The notes: a model not told the origin generated them from the letters alone. A DNA stretch of 64,000 bases from an uncultured Clostridia bacterium (GCA_946411525.1 CAMKEI010000003.1:31892-95891); one strand, 5' to 3'; positions 9,437 to 19,474 are shown, counted from the first letter of the stretch. Numbers and translations are program-made.

Positions 9437-10603
9437 GTTCAGCTCGTCAATTTTGTCCTTCCGGGGCATCGGCGCGCAGCCCGGACAGGGACTCAGTTTT
9501 TTGTACGGTTTCTGATCCAGCTCGCCGTAGGAGAAGGCGGTCATAGGTTCAAACTTGTCCCTGACAAGGGAACAGGTCGGCTGTGAATGATAGTTTTCGC
9601 CGCCGTTGGGGTTATAGTACAGGAGCAGGCTGTCATCAGGATAGGCCAGGTCCCGGTCCAGATCGTCCCAGATAATGACCTTGGTGCAGGGATTGCGGGA
9701 GAGATTGTCCCAAAGCCACTTGGCGTTGACGCCTTCGGGCGTCAGCTGACGCTGGACCCGGACGCAGCCGTGGCTGGCCTTCTCGCCCAAATAACGCTCG
9801 CAGCGCCTGTAACTGACGGTCTTTTCTCCGGTTTTCGAATTCACTTCTTCCCGGCTCGGCACCTCATGGATCAGGATGCCGCTGTTGATACGTATCCCAT
9901 AGGCGCACCAGAGGGTTTCCGCCTGAAAGCCGCCGACCCAGCTGATCATCAGGTATTCCCCGGCGGGTGTTTCATGGAAAAGCGTGGTTTTGTCCTTGGC
10001 GAAGCCGGTGGAGCAGAGCATGGTGGTGAAGAGCTTTCCTTCTTTGAACACATAGAGCCGCTGCTGGAGCTTGTCGATGACGAGACCATAATGCTGATCG
10101 ACCTCCACCTGCTTAAGGCGCTTTGTTTTCACCCAGCCCTGGAACTGTTCCGCAAAGACTTTGACGGCAGAACCTTCTTCCGAGGAGGAGTAGGCTTCAA
10201 TCAGTGTCCAGTCCCCTTCTTCCCGAAGAACGTGAACAGCCTGACTGGCACAGGTGACGACGCCGACGTAGTTCCTGCACAGATCGTCCGGTTCTGCCGG
10301 GATCCGGACCTGTTCCCGCTGCTTTCCGTCAATGACGGTAACGGGCTGTGTCAGAACCTTCCAGATCTGCGCCTCATCCATCCGGCCCATATCTAGGCGC
10401 CAGAAACATACGTCGTGATCGCACATCACGGCACTGTGTTCATTGGGCGTGTGGTAGAAGACGTCCGTCGCCAGGAGCGTGTCCGGGGCGGAAAGGTCTT
10501 CCTCTTCCCAGACGACACTGTCAGGCTCTTCTTCCGAAAAGGTGAAGAGCGGAAGAAGAACGAGTACCAGGAGGACGGAGAAGATACGTTTCGTATAACG
10601 CAT
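9416..10603 (-). CDS. L,D-transpeptidase (YkuD family) with SH3-like and C-terminal Cys/His metal-binding domains
   Basis: Signal peptide MRYTKRIFSVLLVLVLL; LVIDKLQQRLYVF...CSTG...TPAG...ILIHEVP...ASHGCVRV; tail YHSQPTC...PCPGC. Start trimmed from ORF-track 10801. Confidence 0.9.
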   Translation of the reverse strand: MRYTKRIFSVLLVLVLLPLFTFSEEEPDSVVWEEEDLSAPDTLLATDVFYHTPNEHSAVMCDHDVCFWRLDMGRMDEAQIWKVLTQPVTVIDGKQREQVRIPAEPDDLCRNYVGVVTCASQAVHVLREEGDWTLIEAYSSSEEGSAVKVFAEQFQGWVKTKRLKQVEVDQHYGLVIDKLQQRLYVFKEGKLFTTMLCSTGFAKDKTTLFHETPAGEYLMISWVGGFQAETLWCAYGIRINSGILIHEVPSREEVNSKTGEKTVSYRRCERYLGEKASHGCVRVQRQLTPEGVNAKWLWDNLSRNPCTKVIIWDDLDRDLAYPDDSLLLYYNPNGGENYHSQPTCSLVRDKFEPMTAFSYGELDQKPYKKLSPCPGCAPMPRKDKIDELNKKSRKH

Positions 10604-10695
10604 TTCGATTCCCTGTGTACGTGAAAAAACTTGTCCCCGGAGGGAGATCCCTCTGCTTCGGCCGGAATGCCGACGGGAGTTACTATACAGACGTT

Positions 10696-11700
10696 TTACA
10701 GCAGCGGAATATTCCCGTTGCGACAGGCTTTCACAACTTCGTCGGGCCAGAGGCTGGCCTGGACTTCGCCGACGTGGGCTTTGCGGAGGAAATAAACGCA
10801 CATGCGGCTTTGGCCGATACCGCCCCCGATGGTCTGGGGCAGTTCTCCCGCAAGAAGCGCCTTCTGGAAAGGAAGCTCCGCCCGCTCTTCGCAGCCGCGG
10901 ATTTTCAGCTGCCTGCGAAGCGTCTCCGGATCCACGCGGATTCCCATGGAAGAGACCTCCAGGGAGATGTCCAGCAGCGGATCATAGAGGAGGATATCGC
11001 CGTTGAGACTCCAGTCGTCATAGTCCGGCGCGCGGCCATCATGGATTTTCCCACTGCGGAGGACGCCGCCGACCTGCATGAGGAACACGGCACCGTACTT
11101 TTTCGCGGCGAGGTATTCCCGCTCTTTTGACGTCTTGTCCGGGTACTCATCCTCAAGTTCCTGCGTAGTGACAAAGGTGATATTATCCGGCAGCTCCGGC
11201 TTGATGTGAGGATAGTGCGCGCAGACAAACCCTTCGGTCTTGCGCAGGGTCAGGTAGATCCGGCCGACGATTTCCCTCAGGAAACGTTCGTTCCGTTCCG
11301 AAGGCGCCATAATGCGTTCCCAGTCCCATTGATCCACGAAGATGGAATGAATATTGTCGGTAATCTCATCCCTGCGAATCGCATTCATATCCGTATAGAG
11401 TCCTTCACCCACGGAGAAGCCGTAGATCTTCAGGGCCTGGCGTTTCCATTTGGCCAGGGAGTGGACGATCTCCACGGTTGCGCCGGTTTCCAGCACATCG
11501 AAGGAGACGGGGCGCTCGACGCCGTTGAGGTTATCGTTCAGGCCGGATTCCGGGTGAACCATGATCGGCGCGGAAACGCGGGTCAGATTCAGGGCTTTGG
11601 CAAGCTCCTGCTCGAAGAAATCCTTGACCAGTTTGATGGCGATTTCCGTGTCCCGCAGATCCAGCACGGGGTTATAGTTTCCGGGGATAATGAGGTTCAT
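10696..11700 (-). CDS. asnA: Aspartate--ammonia ligase AsnA
   Basis: GLNDNLNGVERPV, IVHSLAKWKR, VDQWDWE, HDGRAPDYDDW, SSMGIRV, TIGGGIGQSR. Confidence 0.97.
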   Translation of the reverse strand: MNLIIPGNYNPVLDLRDTEIAIKLVKDFFEQELAKALNLTRVSAPIMVHPESGLNDNLNGVERPVSFDVLETGATVEIVHSLAKWKRQALKIYGFSVGEGLYTDMNAIRRDEITDNIHSIFVDQWDWERIMAPSERNERFLREIVGRIYLTLRKTEGFVCAHYPHIKPELPDNITFVTTQELEDEYPDKTSKEREYLAAKKYGAVFLMQVGGVLRSGKIHDGRAPDYDDWSLNGDILLYDPLLDISLEVSSMGIRVDPETLRRQLKIRGCEERAELPFQKALLAGELPQTIGGGIGQSRMCVYFLRKAHVGEVQASLWPDEVVKACRNGNIPLL

Positions 11701-11802
11701 CGGGGATTCCTCCTGTACTCAAAAGATAAAAAGAGAATATCATTTTTCTACTCAAAAGGAAAGTACCGGTTTTGTTCCCGCGTGGGCAATATCCTTTGGC
11801 GC

Positions 11803-11831
11803 TTGACGTTCCGAAGTGCGGACGATAGAAT
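11803..11831 (+). promoter_or_regulatory. Putative sigmaA promoter
   Basis: TTGACG-N17-TAGAAT upstream of the 11869 CDS. Confidence 0.6.
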
Positions 11832-11868
11832 ATACCCGTTATTAAGCATACTGGAGTGACTGCTGATT

Positions 11869-13710
11869 ATGCTGAAATCCATGCCTCGTAGGTTTCTGAT
11901 CATCATGATCTGTCTTCTGCTGTGCGTTTCTTCCGCTGTGGCGGCAGAAAAGATCAAGGCAACGCTGACACCGAGCACAACTGTCTGGGATCCCGGTGAA
12001 GAGATCACTTTTACCGGTGAGGTCAGACATAAGGGCAGAGAATTGGGCGGCGCAAAACTGAAACTGGTTATCGAAACGGATCAGGAGGCGGACGACAAGG
12101 GGGAACCTCTGATCACCTCCATAAACGGAGAAGAACTGGATTCGGGATGGTGGGACAGTGAGCTGATTCTGCTTGAATCCGAAGCAAAAGGGGATCTGCT
12201 TCGCTTCAGCGGGCGGTGGACGGCGCCGGACGGAGCGAGATTCGGCAAAGCCGTACTGACGCTGTATGTGATTCTTGAGGATAAAACGGTGGCAACCGCC
12301 TCCTTTGAGACGAATAATACCCACCCGGTCATAGAACTGAAAGGCCTGACGGTGCCGGAAACAGCCGTTATTCTGCTGGCTGTGATCGCTGTGATTGCCG
12401 GTCTGTGGTTTCTGCTGCATCGGCGGAAAGAGAAACCGGGAAAGATCAGGGAAGACGGTAAAGGCGGCCGGGTACTGGATACGGTAATTATCCTGCTTTT
12501 TTTCCTGGGCGTGATCCTTACGCCGATCATCATCCGGGTTCCCCTTCTTCATAAAGCGATCCGGTCCATCGGCTATCTGCGGTATCTGAATTTTCCCTGC
12601 ACACTCGCTTTGCTGCTTTCTTTCCTCAGGCTGAAGAAATGGACAGCTGCTGATCTGATCTTCTTTGCCGTATGGCTGCTGCTGCTGATTCCAATGCTTA
12701 TCTCAAACCGCAAACTGGAAGATACAAGGTATGTAACGGTTTTTGTCCAGAATCTGCTTCCTGTATTCTTTGTTTTTTTCCGGATGAACCAGCAGTCCAG
12801 GCAGAGAACAATCCGGCTGTTTATGATTGTATTCAACAGTTTTATTTTTGTTCTGCTGGTTTTGGCAATAGAGGAAAAGATCACGGGGAAAGCGATCTTT
12901 CACGGTTATATTGATTGGCTGCTTTCACAGGATATGGACGCATGGAATCTTGTGCGGTTTTACGACGAATCCCGGTTCTTCTCCTTCTGGGGGCATCCGC
13001 TGACAAACGCGCTGCTGTTCAACTTCTTTCTGGCGCTCAACGCGGTCTGGTACAAGGCCAGAGGGAAGAAAGCATACGCGCTGCTGTATTTTCCCGCGGC
13101 AATGGCAGGTGTGCTGCTTTCAGGTTCCAAGACAGGCATCGTTGTGTGCTTTCTGATGCTGATCGTCATGTGCTGGGAACAGAAGAAGTGGTTTCTGGTA
13201 TGTATTCCGGTTATTGCAGTGCTGTATTTTTCCGGGGCGTTTAACCTGATTATTTATCGCTTTACACATACAAGCCTGACAACCGGACGTCTTGAAGCCC
13301 TGATAAAGTATTTTACCAAATGGTATACACAGTTTCCGTTTCAGTGGCTGTCAGGTTACAGTTCCAACATTGTCCTGGACGTGACGCATAAGCTCTATCC
13401 TGTACGGGCAGGTTTCGAGTTCCCCCTGCTGATGTTTGCACTGGATTACGGGATTGTTTTCTCCGTTTTGCTGATGGTCGGATTATATGGATATGTTACC
13501 TGGCGCTGCCTGCGGAAAAGACAGTGGATGATCTGGATTATCTATACGCTGGTATTTGCGGAAATCAACACCTATAACGCTTTTTCGCTCCGGAGCCTGG
13601 ACGTCTTTATCATAGGCAATTTTATGACCATGATCATGCTGAACATGCTGCCGGATGAAGCGCGGACAATTCATCAGGAACAACCTGCCGCTGTCGGAGT
13701 GAATCCGTAA
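11869..13710 (+). CDS. Polytopic membrane protein: exported beta-rich N-terminal domain fused to an O-antigen ligase/Wzy-like domain
   Basis: Signal peptide, ~140 aa soluble beta-rich domain, TM + basic stretch, then ~10-12 TMs with RFFSFWGHPLTNA and LLSGSKTG, resembling Wzy_C/O-antigen ligase motifs. Confidence 0.65.
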   Translation: MLKSMPRRFLIIMICLLLCVSSAVAAEKIKATLTPSTTVWDPGEEITFTGEVRHKGRELGGAKLKLVIETDQEADDKGEPLITSINGEELDSGWWDSELILLESEAKGDLLRFSGRWTAPDGARFGKAVLTLYVILEDKTVATASFETNNTHPVIELKGLTVPETAVILLAVIAVIAGLWFLLHRRKEKPGKIREDGKGGRVLDTVIILLFFLGVILTPIIIRVPLLHKAIRSIGYLRYLNFPCTLALLLSFLRLKKWTAADLIFFAVWLLLLIPMLISNRKLEDTRYVTVFVQNLLPVFFVFFRMNQQSRQRTIRLFMIVFNSFIFVLLVLAIEEKITGKAIFHGYIDWLLSQDMDAWNLVRFYDESRFFSFWGHPLTNALLFNFFLALNAVWYKARGKKAYALLYFPAAMAGVLLSGSKTGIVVCFLMLIVMCWEQKKWFLVCIPVIAVLYFSGAFNLIIYRFTHTSLTTGRLEALIKYFTKWYTQFPFQWLSGYSSNIVLDVTHKLYPVRAGFEFPLLMFALDYGIVFSVLLMVGLYGYVTWRCLRKRQWMIWIIYTLVFAEINTYNAFSLRSLDVFIIGNFMTMIMLNMLPDEARTIHQEQPAAVGVNP

Positions 13711-13713
13711 TTC

Positions 13714-13742
13714 TTGACAGGCTCAGTAAAAGATGCGACAAT
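13714..13742 (+). promoter_or_regulatory. Putative promoter of the pth-mfd-lspA-rluD operon
   Basis: TTGACA-N17-GACAAT with TG extension. Confidence 0.5.
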
Positions 13743-13903
13743 CCTTTTCAGCGAAGGGGAGAGTATCTCCCGCTTCGCGAAAAGCTGTTTTTGGGCGAGC
13801 CGCCGATCTCAGCGGGCGGTGGAAGCATTGTCAGAGACAGGATTAACCAAAGCCGGAGGCGGCAAGGCCTGCCGCGCAGGCTGAGGTTGCGGGGAGAGAA
13901 GAG

Positions 13904-14479
13904 ATGAGTAAGAAAGTACTGCTGATCGTCGGCCTGGGAAACCCGGGGGAGAAATACGCCCATACCCGCCATAATGCGGGATTTGAGGTCATGAGCCGGC
14001 TGGAGGAAACCTGCGACGTGAAACTGCGCCGGCGGATTCTTCTGCAGGGCATGGCGGCGGAAACGACCGACGGGGAAACGAAGATCGTGTTGTGCGAGCC
14101 GCTGACTTTTATGAACCGGAGCGGCGAATGCGTCCGGCGGCTGCTGAACCGCTTTCACATCCCACAGGAGCAGATGCTGGTGATCTATGACGATATCGAC
14201 CTGCCGCCGGGCAAGGTACGCGTACGGAAGAGCGGCGGCGCGGGAACGCATAACGGGATGCGGAGCATTGCGTCCGCGCTTGGAAAAACAGATTTCCCGC
14301 GGATCCGCATCGGCACAGGCGACCGGCCGGCGGGGGAGGACCTGGCAGCATGGGTGCTGGGGCATCCGGCAGCGGAGGAGAAAGAAAAGATGGAAGCCGC
14401 GTTTGACCGCGCGGCGGAATGCGCGCTCATCTGGACAAAGGAAGGCATTGAGGCTGCGATGCAGTTCGGAAACAAATAA
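13904..14479 (+). CDS. pth: Peptidyl-tRNA hydrolase
   Basis: LIVGLGNPGEKYAHTRHNAGF, PLTFMNRSG, YDDIDL, GTHNGMRSI, RIRIG. Confidence 0.97.
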   Translation: MSKKVLLIVGLGNPGEKYAHTRHNAGFEVMSRLEETCDVKLRRRILLQGMAAETTDGETKIVLCEPLTFMNRSGECVRRLLNRFHIPQEQMLVIYDDIDLPPGKVRVRKSGGAGTHNGMRSIASALGKTDFPRIRIGTGDRPAGEDLAAWVLGHPAAEEKEKMEAAFDRAAECALIWTKEGIEAAMQFGNK

Positions 14480-17400
14480 TGGCAAACAATATTTTATCTT
14501 CCATCAATATACCGGGGCTGGCGACATTGCTGGAGACAGCGCCGGGCAAAACGACTGCGGTGGCGGGGATAAACCAGACCCTGGCCGCGGTGATTGCGTG
14601 CCTTGCCGCGGAAAAAGGGAAGAAGATCCTGCTGGTAACGGACAATGACCTGAAAGCGGCACGGGCGGCGGATGACGTGCGCCAGCTGACCGGAGAGGGC
14701 TTCTGCCTGCCGGGAGGCGAGATCGACCTGACCCGGGCGGCGGGAAGCATGGAGAGCAACTGGCGGCGGCTGGAAGCGCTTGTCGCAATGACGGAAGGCA
14801 GAGTCAGCATTCTGTGTGCCGGAGCGGAAGCCATGGCGCAGCGCATGGGGCGACCGGAGCCTTTCCGGAAACTCTGCCTGACGCTGAAGCCGGGGGACGT
14901 GATTCCGCCGGCCGAACTGGCGCGCCGCCTGAGCAGGATGGGATACGACCGGGTAGGCATGGTGGAAGGCAAGGGTCAGTTTGCCCAGCGCGGTGCGATC
15001 CTGGACGTATATCCTCCGGCGCTGAACCAGGGCCTGCGGATCGAGTTCTTTGACGACGAAGTCGACGGGATCCGGGAATTTGACTGTATCAGCCAGAGGA
15101 GCCTGGGGGAGGCAGCCTGCGCCGCGCTGACGCCGGCCTGCGAAGCGCTGCTGGAGGAGAACGAGTATCCGGAGGCGGCCCGGCGGATGCGGGAAGCCAT
15201 CGGTGAGATGCCGGACACGGAGAGCGACGGCGGCAATCTCTTCGACGATCTGCCGCCGCTGCCGGATGACGACGATACGGAGATCTTCGATACGAAGATT
15301 GCGCCGAAGATCCGTGAGAAGCAGTATCGGGAGCAGAAGGAACTTGAAACAGACCGACGCATGGAGCGTCTGCACGCGGACGCGGAAACGCTGGGGGCGG
15401 GGCTGCCCTTCCGGCGCATGCGCGCGTGGCTGCCGGTGCTGACGGACCGCACGGCAACAGTATGCGACTGGTTTGACCCAGACCTGGTGCTGCTGTGCGA
15501 ACCGGACCGACTGCGAAACCGCACGGAGGAACGGCTGCAGGGGTTCGCGGAGGACCTGCAGAGCGCGATGACACGGCATGAGGCGGTCATCGGGCAGGAA
15601 AGGCTGCTGAAAAGCTGGGATGAGGTGCAGAAAGACCTGAGCAGATATCCGAAAGGGCTGCTGACAGAGCTCCTGCTGAGCCTGGGCGGAATCCGGCCGG
15701 AGAGCACGGTGACCGTGGAAGCATCCGGCCTGCAGGGATACGGCGGGCAGATGAAGGCACTGAGGAACGACCTGGCGCTGTGGCGGGAGCGCGGATACCG
15801 GATCTGGCTGCTCTCCGGCGGCAGCAGCCGCGGAAAGCGGCTGGAAGAAAGCCTGAGGGAGCTTGATGTAAAAGCGGTTTTCAGCGAGACCGGGCACTCG
15901 GCGCAATCCGGGGAGCCGGTGATCCTGCCGATTACCCTTTCAGGCGGATTTGTTATCACCGGCAAGGATGGTACACCGGGCACAGCAATCGTTTCCGACG
16001 CAGATATCTGGGGCGAAGGTTACCGGCGGAGCAAGAGCCGGAAGCATTCCGGCGAGCGGATCTCCACCTTTACGGATCTGAAAGTCGGCGACTATGTGGT
16101 GCATGAAGACCACGGCGTCGGAATTTACCAGGGGATTACACGGATTCAGAGCGAAGGCTGCTGGCATGATTACCTGCTGATTCATTACGGCGGGAATGAC
16201 AAACTGTATGTGCCGGTGGAACAGTTGGAACGGGTGCAGCGGTACATCGGCAACCCGAATCAGACGCCGAAACTGAACCGGCTGGGCGGCGGCGAATGGG
16301 CGCGACAGAAGGGCAAGGTCAGGGAAAGCCTGAAGACCCTGGCTTTCGACCTGAAAGCACTGTATGCGGAGCGGTCGCAGAACACAGGGCACGCTTTCGG
16401 CCCTGATAGCGCTTGGCAGCGGGAATTCGAGGACGAGTTCCCGTGGGAGCTGACTCCGGACCAAGCGCAGAGCGTACAGGAAATCCGGGAAGATATGGAG
16501 AGCGACCGGAACATGGACCGTCTGCTGTGCGGAGACGTGGGCTACGGCAAAACCGAGGTCAGTCTGCGGGCGGCTTTCAAGGCAATTACGGACAACAAGC
16601 AGGTGGCGCTGCTTGCTCCGACGACGATCCTGGTGCAGCAGCATTACAACACGATTGTAAAGCGCTTCCGGCATACCGGGGCGCGGGTGGATTTCCTGAG
16701 CCGGTTCCGCACAGCGGCGGAGCAGCGGGAAGTGATCGCCCGGCTGGCCGCGGGGGATATTGACCTGATTGTGGGGACACACCGGCTGCTGGGGAAGGAC
16801 GTGAAATTCAAAGACCTGGGGCTTCTTATCGTGGACGAGGAGCAGCGCTTTGGCGTGGCGCACAAGGAGATCATCAAGAACATGAAGCGCCAGGTGGACG
16901 TGCTGACGCTGAGCGCGACGCCGATTCCGAGGACGCTGCATATGTCCATGACAGGAATCCGGGACATGAGTGTGCTGGAAACACCGCCGGAGGAACGGAT
17001 TCCGGTACAGACGGTGGTGACGGAGTATTCCGACGCGCTGATCCGGGACGCAGTATTACGGGAGATCAGCCGGGGCGGACAGGTGTATTTTCTGTACAAC
17101 CGGGTGAGGAGCATCGCCAGCTTCTATGAGCGGCTGCGGGCGCTGGTGCCGGAGGCGCGCATCGGCGTAGCCCACGGGCAGATGCGGGAGCATCAGCTCG
17201 AAGACGTGATGATGGATTTCTACAACGGGAATTATGACGTGCTGCTTTGTACGACAATTATCGAAAACGGGCTGGATGTGCCAAGTGCGAACACCCTGAT
17301 CGTTTACGACGCGGAGCGGTTCGGGCTCAGCCAGCTGTATCAGCTTCGTGGCCGGGTGGGCCGGAGCAGCCGGCAGGCATATGCCTATTTCACAGTGCGG

Positions 17401-18156
17401 ACGGATCATATCCTGACGGAAACGGCGCAGCAGCGGCTGACGGCGATCCGGGAGTTCACGGAATTCGGTGCCGGATTCCGCATCGCGATGCGGGACCTGG
17501 AGATCCGCGGCGCGGGAAACATCCTCGGACCGGAGCAGCACGGACACCTGGCCACAGTCGGATACGACATGTACTGCAAGCTGATGGAAGAGACGCTGAA
17601 CGAAGTACAGGGCAGGCAGACTGCGAGGGAGCTTGAAACCCGGGTGGACCTGCGGGTAGATGCGTTCCTGCCTTCGGACTATGTGGCGGAAGAAAAGCAG
17701 CGGATGGAAATGTATAAGCGGATTGCCTCGATCGTGACGGATGAGGACCGCGCGGACGTGACGGACGAGCTGATCGACCGTTACGGAGAACTGCCGCCGG
17801 CCGCGGAGACGCTGCTTGACGTCAGCCAGTTGAGGGCATTGTGCAACCGGCTGGGCGTCAGCCAGGTCACACGGGGAAAGGACGGTCTGATCATGAAGCT
17901 GAACGAACGGTTTGTGCCTGATCCCGCATGCCTGCTGCAGGCAATTTCGGAAACGGACGGAAGGCTGGCACTGTCGGCACGCGCACCGGCCCGAATGATC
18001 CTGAAGGTGCCCGAGATGCAGGAAAACGATATGATGCAGGAAGCGCTGAAGGTTACTCGCAGGCTGGTCAAAAGACTGAATGAACTGGAGAGTATAAAGA
18101 GTGAACAGGAAAACGCTGATATTCCGGATCACGGTGATCCTGGTGCTGGCCATTGA
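14479..18156 (+). CDS. mfd: Transcription-repair coupling factor Mfd
   Basis: RGAILDVYP, GDYVVHEDHGVG (CarD/RID), CGDVGYGKT, VDEEQRFG, LSATPIPRTL, QLRGRVGR, RDLEIRGAGN; TAATG coupling to pth. Confidence 0.97.
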   Translation: MANNILSSINIPGLATLLETAPGKTTAVAGINQTLAAVIACLAAEKGKKILLVTDNDLKAARAADDVRQLTGEGFCLPGGEIDLTRAAGSMESNWRRLEALVAMTEGRVSILCAGAEAMAQRMGRPEPFRKLCLTLKPGDVIPPAELARRLSRMGYDRVGMVEGKGQFAQRGAILDVYPPALNQGLRIEFFDDEVDGIREFDCISQRSLGEAACAALTPACEALLEENEYPEAARRMREAIGEMPDTESDGGNLFDDLPPLPDDDDTEIFDTKIAPKIREKQYREQKELETDRRMERLHADAETLGAGLPFRRMRAWLPVLTDRTATVCDWFDPDLVLLCEPDRLRNRTEERLQGFAEDLQSAMTRHEAVIGQERLLKSWDEVQKDLSRYPKGLLTELLLSLGGIRPESTVTVEASGLQGYGGQMKALRNDLALWRERGYRIWLLSGGSSRGKRLEESLRELDVKAVFSETGHSAQSGEPVILPITLSGGFVITGKDGTPGTAIVSDADIWGEGYRRSKSRKHSGERISTFTDLKVGDYVVHEDHGVGIYQGITRIQSEGCWHDYLLIHYGGNDKLYVPVEQLERVQRYIGNPNQTPKLNRLGGGEWARQKGKVRESLKTLAFDLKALYAERSQNTGHAFGPDSAWQREFEDEFPWELTPDQAQSVQEIREDMESDRNMDRLLCGDVGYGKTEVSLRAAFKAITDNKQVALLAPTTILVQQHYNTIVKRFRHTGARVDFLSRFRTAAEQREVIARLAAGDIDLIVGTHRLLGKDVKFKDLGLLIVDEEQRFGVAHKEIIKNMKRQVDVLTLSATPIPRTLHMSMTGIRDMSVLETPPEERIPVQTVVTEYSDALIRDAVLREISRGGQVYFLYNRVRSIASFYERLRALVPEARIGVAHGQMREHQLEDVMMDFYNGNYDVLLCTTIIENGLDVPSANTLIVYDAERFGLSQLYQLRGRVGRSSRQAYAYFTVRTDHILTETAQQRLTAIREFTEFGAGFRIAMRDLEIRGAGNILGPEQHGHLATVGYDMYCKLMEETLNEVQGRQTARELETRVDLRVDAFLPSDYVAEEKQRMEMYKRIASIVTDEDRADVTDELIDRYGELPPAAETLLDVSQLRALCNRLGVSQVTRGKDGLIMKLNERFVPDPACLLQAISETDGRLALSARAPARMILKVPEMQENDMMQEALKVTRRLVKRLNELESIKSEQENADIPDHGDPGAGH

Positions 18157-18568
18157 CCGGATTACGAAAGAAACGGCCGGAGGGATTCCGGCAGGCGGGA
18201 TTACGCTGATTCCGGGCGTGATCGGGCTGAGGTATGCGGAGAACCGCGGCGCGGCGTTTTCAATGCTGAGCGGGGCACCGCGGCTGTTGGGCGTACTGAG
18301 CCTGGTATTGATTGCCGGCGGTTACATTTGGCTGAGGAAGAAGGATATCGCGTCTTTTCCGCTGACCGGGCTGGCCCTGATGGCGGGCGGCGCGGCCGGA
18401 AACATGATTGACCGGCTCATCAGGGGATATGTGCCGGATATGATCGAGACCCGGTTTATGAACTTTCCGGTATTCAATATCGCCGACAGCTGCCTGGTTA
18501 TGGGCTGTGCGCTGGTGATGATCAGCCTGCTGTTCAGGCATGATGATTGGAAAGGCATGGAAAAATGA
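18101..18568 (+). CDS. lspA: Lipoprotein signal peptidase II
   Basis: DRITK, NRGAAFS, GGAAGNMIDR, GYVPDMI, PVFNIAD; GTG start overlaps the mfd 3' end. Confidence 0.93.
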   Translation: MNRKTLIFRITVILVLAIDRITKETAGGIPAGGITLIPGVIGLRYAENRGAAFSMLSGAPRLLGVLSLVLIAGGYIWLRKKDIASFPLTGLALMAGGAAGNMIDRLIRGYVPDMIETRFMNFPVFNIADSCLVMGCALVMISLLFRHDDWKGMEK

Positions 18569-19470
18569 CGGACACGGAGTACAGGGTGGTATCTGATGGG
18601 CGGCGGCTGGACGTGCTGCTGAGCGAGACAGCCGGCCTGAGCCGGAGCCGCGTGGCGGCGCTGATGGAGGAAGGCTTGTGCGTTTCTGCCGGGAAGACGT
18701 GCCGGAAAGCAGGGACGAGACTGCCGGAAGGGCAGGAAATTATCCTGACCGTACCGGCTCCGCGGGAAGCGGCGCCGCAGGCGGAGGATATTCCGCTGGA
18801 AATCCTGTATGAAGACGAAGACCTGGCTGTGGTGGTGAAACCCCGGGGCCTGGTCGTGCATCCGGCAGCAGGTCATCCGGACGGAACGCTGGTAAACGCT
18901 TTGATGGCACGGCTGGAATCCCTGGGCGGGATCGGCGGAGAACTGCGACCGGGAATCGTGCACCGGCTGGACAAGGAAACCAGCGGGCTGATGCTGGTGG
19001 CCAAAAACGACGAAACCCAGGAAGCGCTGAGCCGGATGCTGAAAGACCGGGAGATTGAGAAGCATTACCGGGCGCTGGCGGAAGGCTGGTTCAAAGAGCC
19101 GGAGGGCGAGATAGACGCCCCTATCGGCCGAAGCAAAAGGGATCGGAAAAAGATGGCGGTGGATCCGGAAGGCCGGCAGGCCGTAACCCGGTGGAAGGTG
19201 CTGGCAGAAGGTACGGCGTGCACGCTCCTGGACGTACATATCCTGACCGGACGGACACATCAGATCCGGGTGCACCTGAAAAGCATCGGGCATCCAGTCT
19301 GCGGCGACGAACTGTACGGTTTTGAAAAAGGCGTGAAAGTGCCCTGCCTGATGCTGCACGCGTACAGCCTGAGTTTTGAGCACCCTGAAACGCATGAAAA
19401 AATGACCTTTCAGGCGCCTCTGCCAGAGGATTTCCTGAAAGGCCTTAAAAGCAACGGGATCCGCTTATGA
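18565..19470 (+). CDS. rluD: RluA/RluD family pseudouridine synthase
   Basis: S4 domain (RLDVLL), LEILYEDEDLAVVVKPRGLVVHP, GIVHRLDKETSG, TGRTHQIRVH; ATGA overlap with lspA. Confidence 0.93.
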   Translation: MTDTEYRVVSDGRRLDVLLSETAGLSRSRVAALMEEGLCVSAGKTCRKAGTRLPEGQEIILTVPAPREAAPQAEDIPLEILYEDEDLAVVVKPRGLVVHPAAGHPDGTLVNALMARLESLGGIGGELRPGIVHRLDKETSGLMLVAKNDETQEALSRMLKDREIEKHYRALAEGWFKEPEGEIDAPIGRSKRDRKKMAVDPEGRQAVTRWKVLAEGTACTLLDVHILTGRTHQIRVHLKSIGHPVCGDELYGFEKGVKVPCLMLHAYSLSFEHPETHEKMTFQAPLPEDFLKGLKSNGIRL

Positions 19471-19474
19471 TTCC

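Noticed and set aside
10604-10801. N-terminal extensions in the ORF track (10801, 22118, 26594, 40097, 45207, 62827, 7083)
   Set aside because: Better RBS-associated starts exist downstream; the extensions overlap other genes, promoters or terminators
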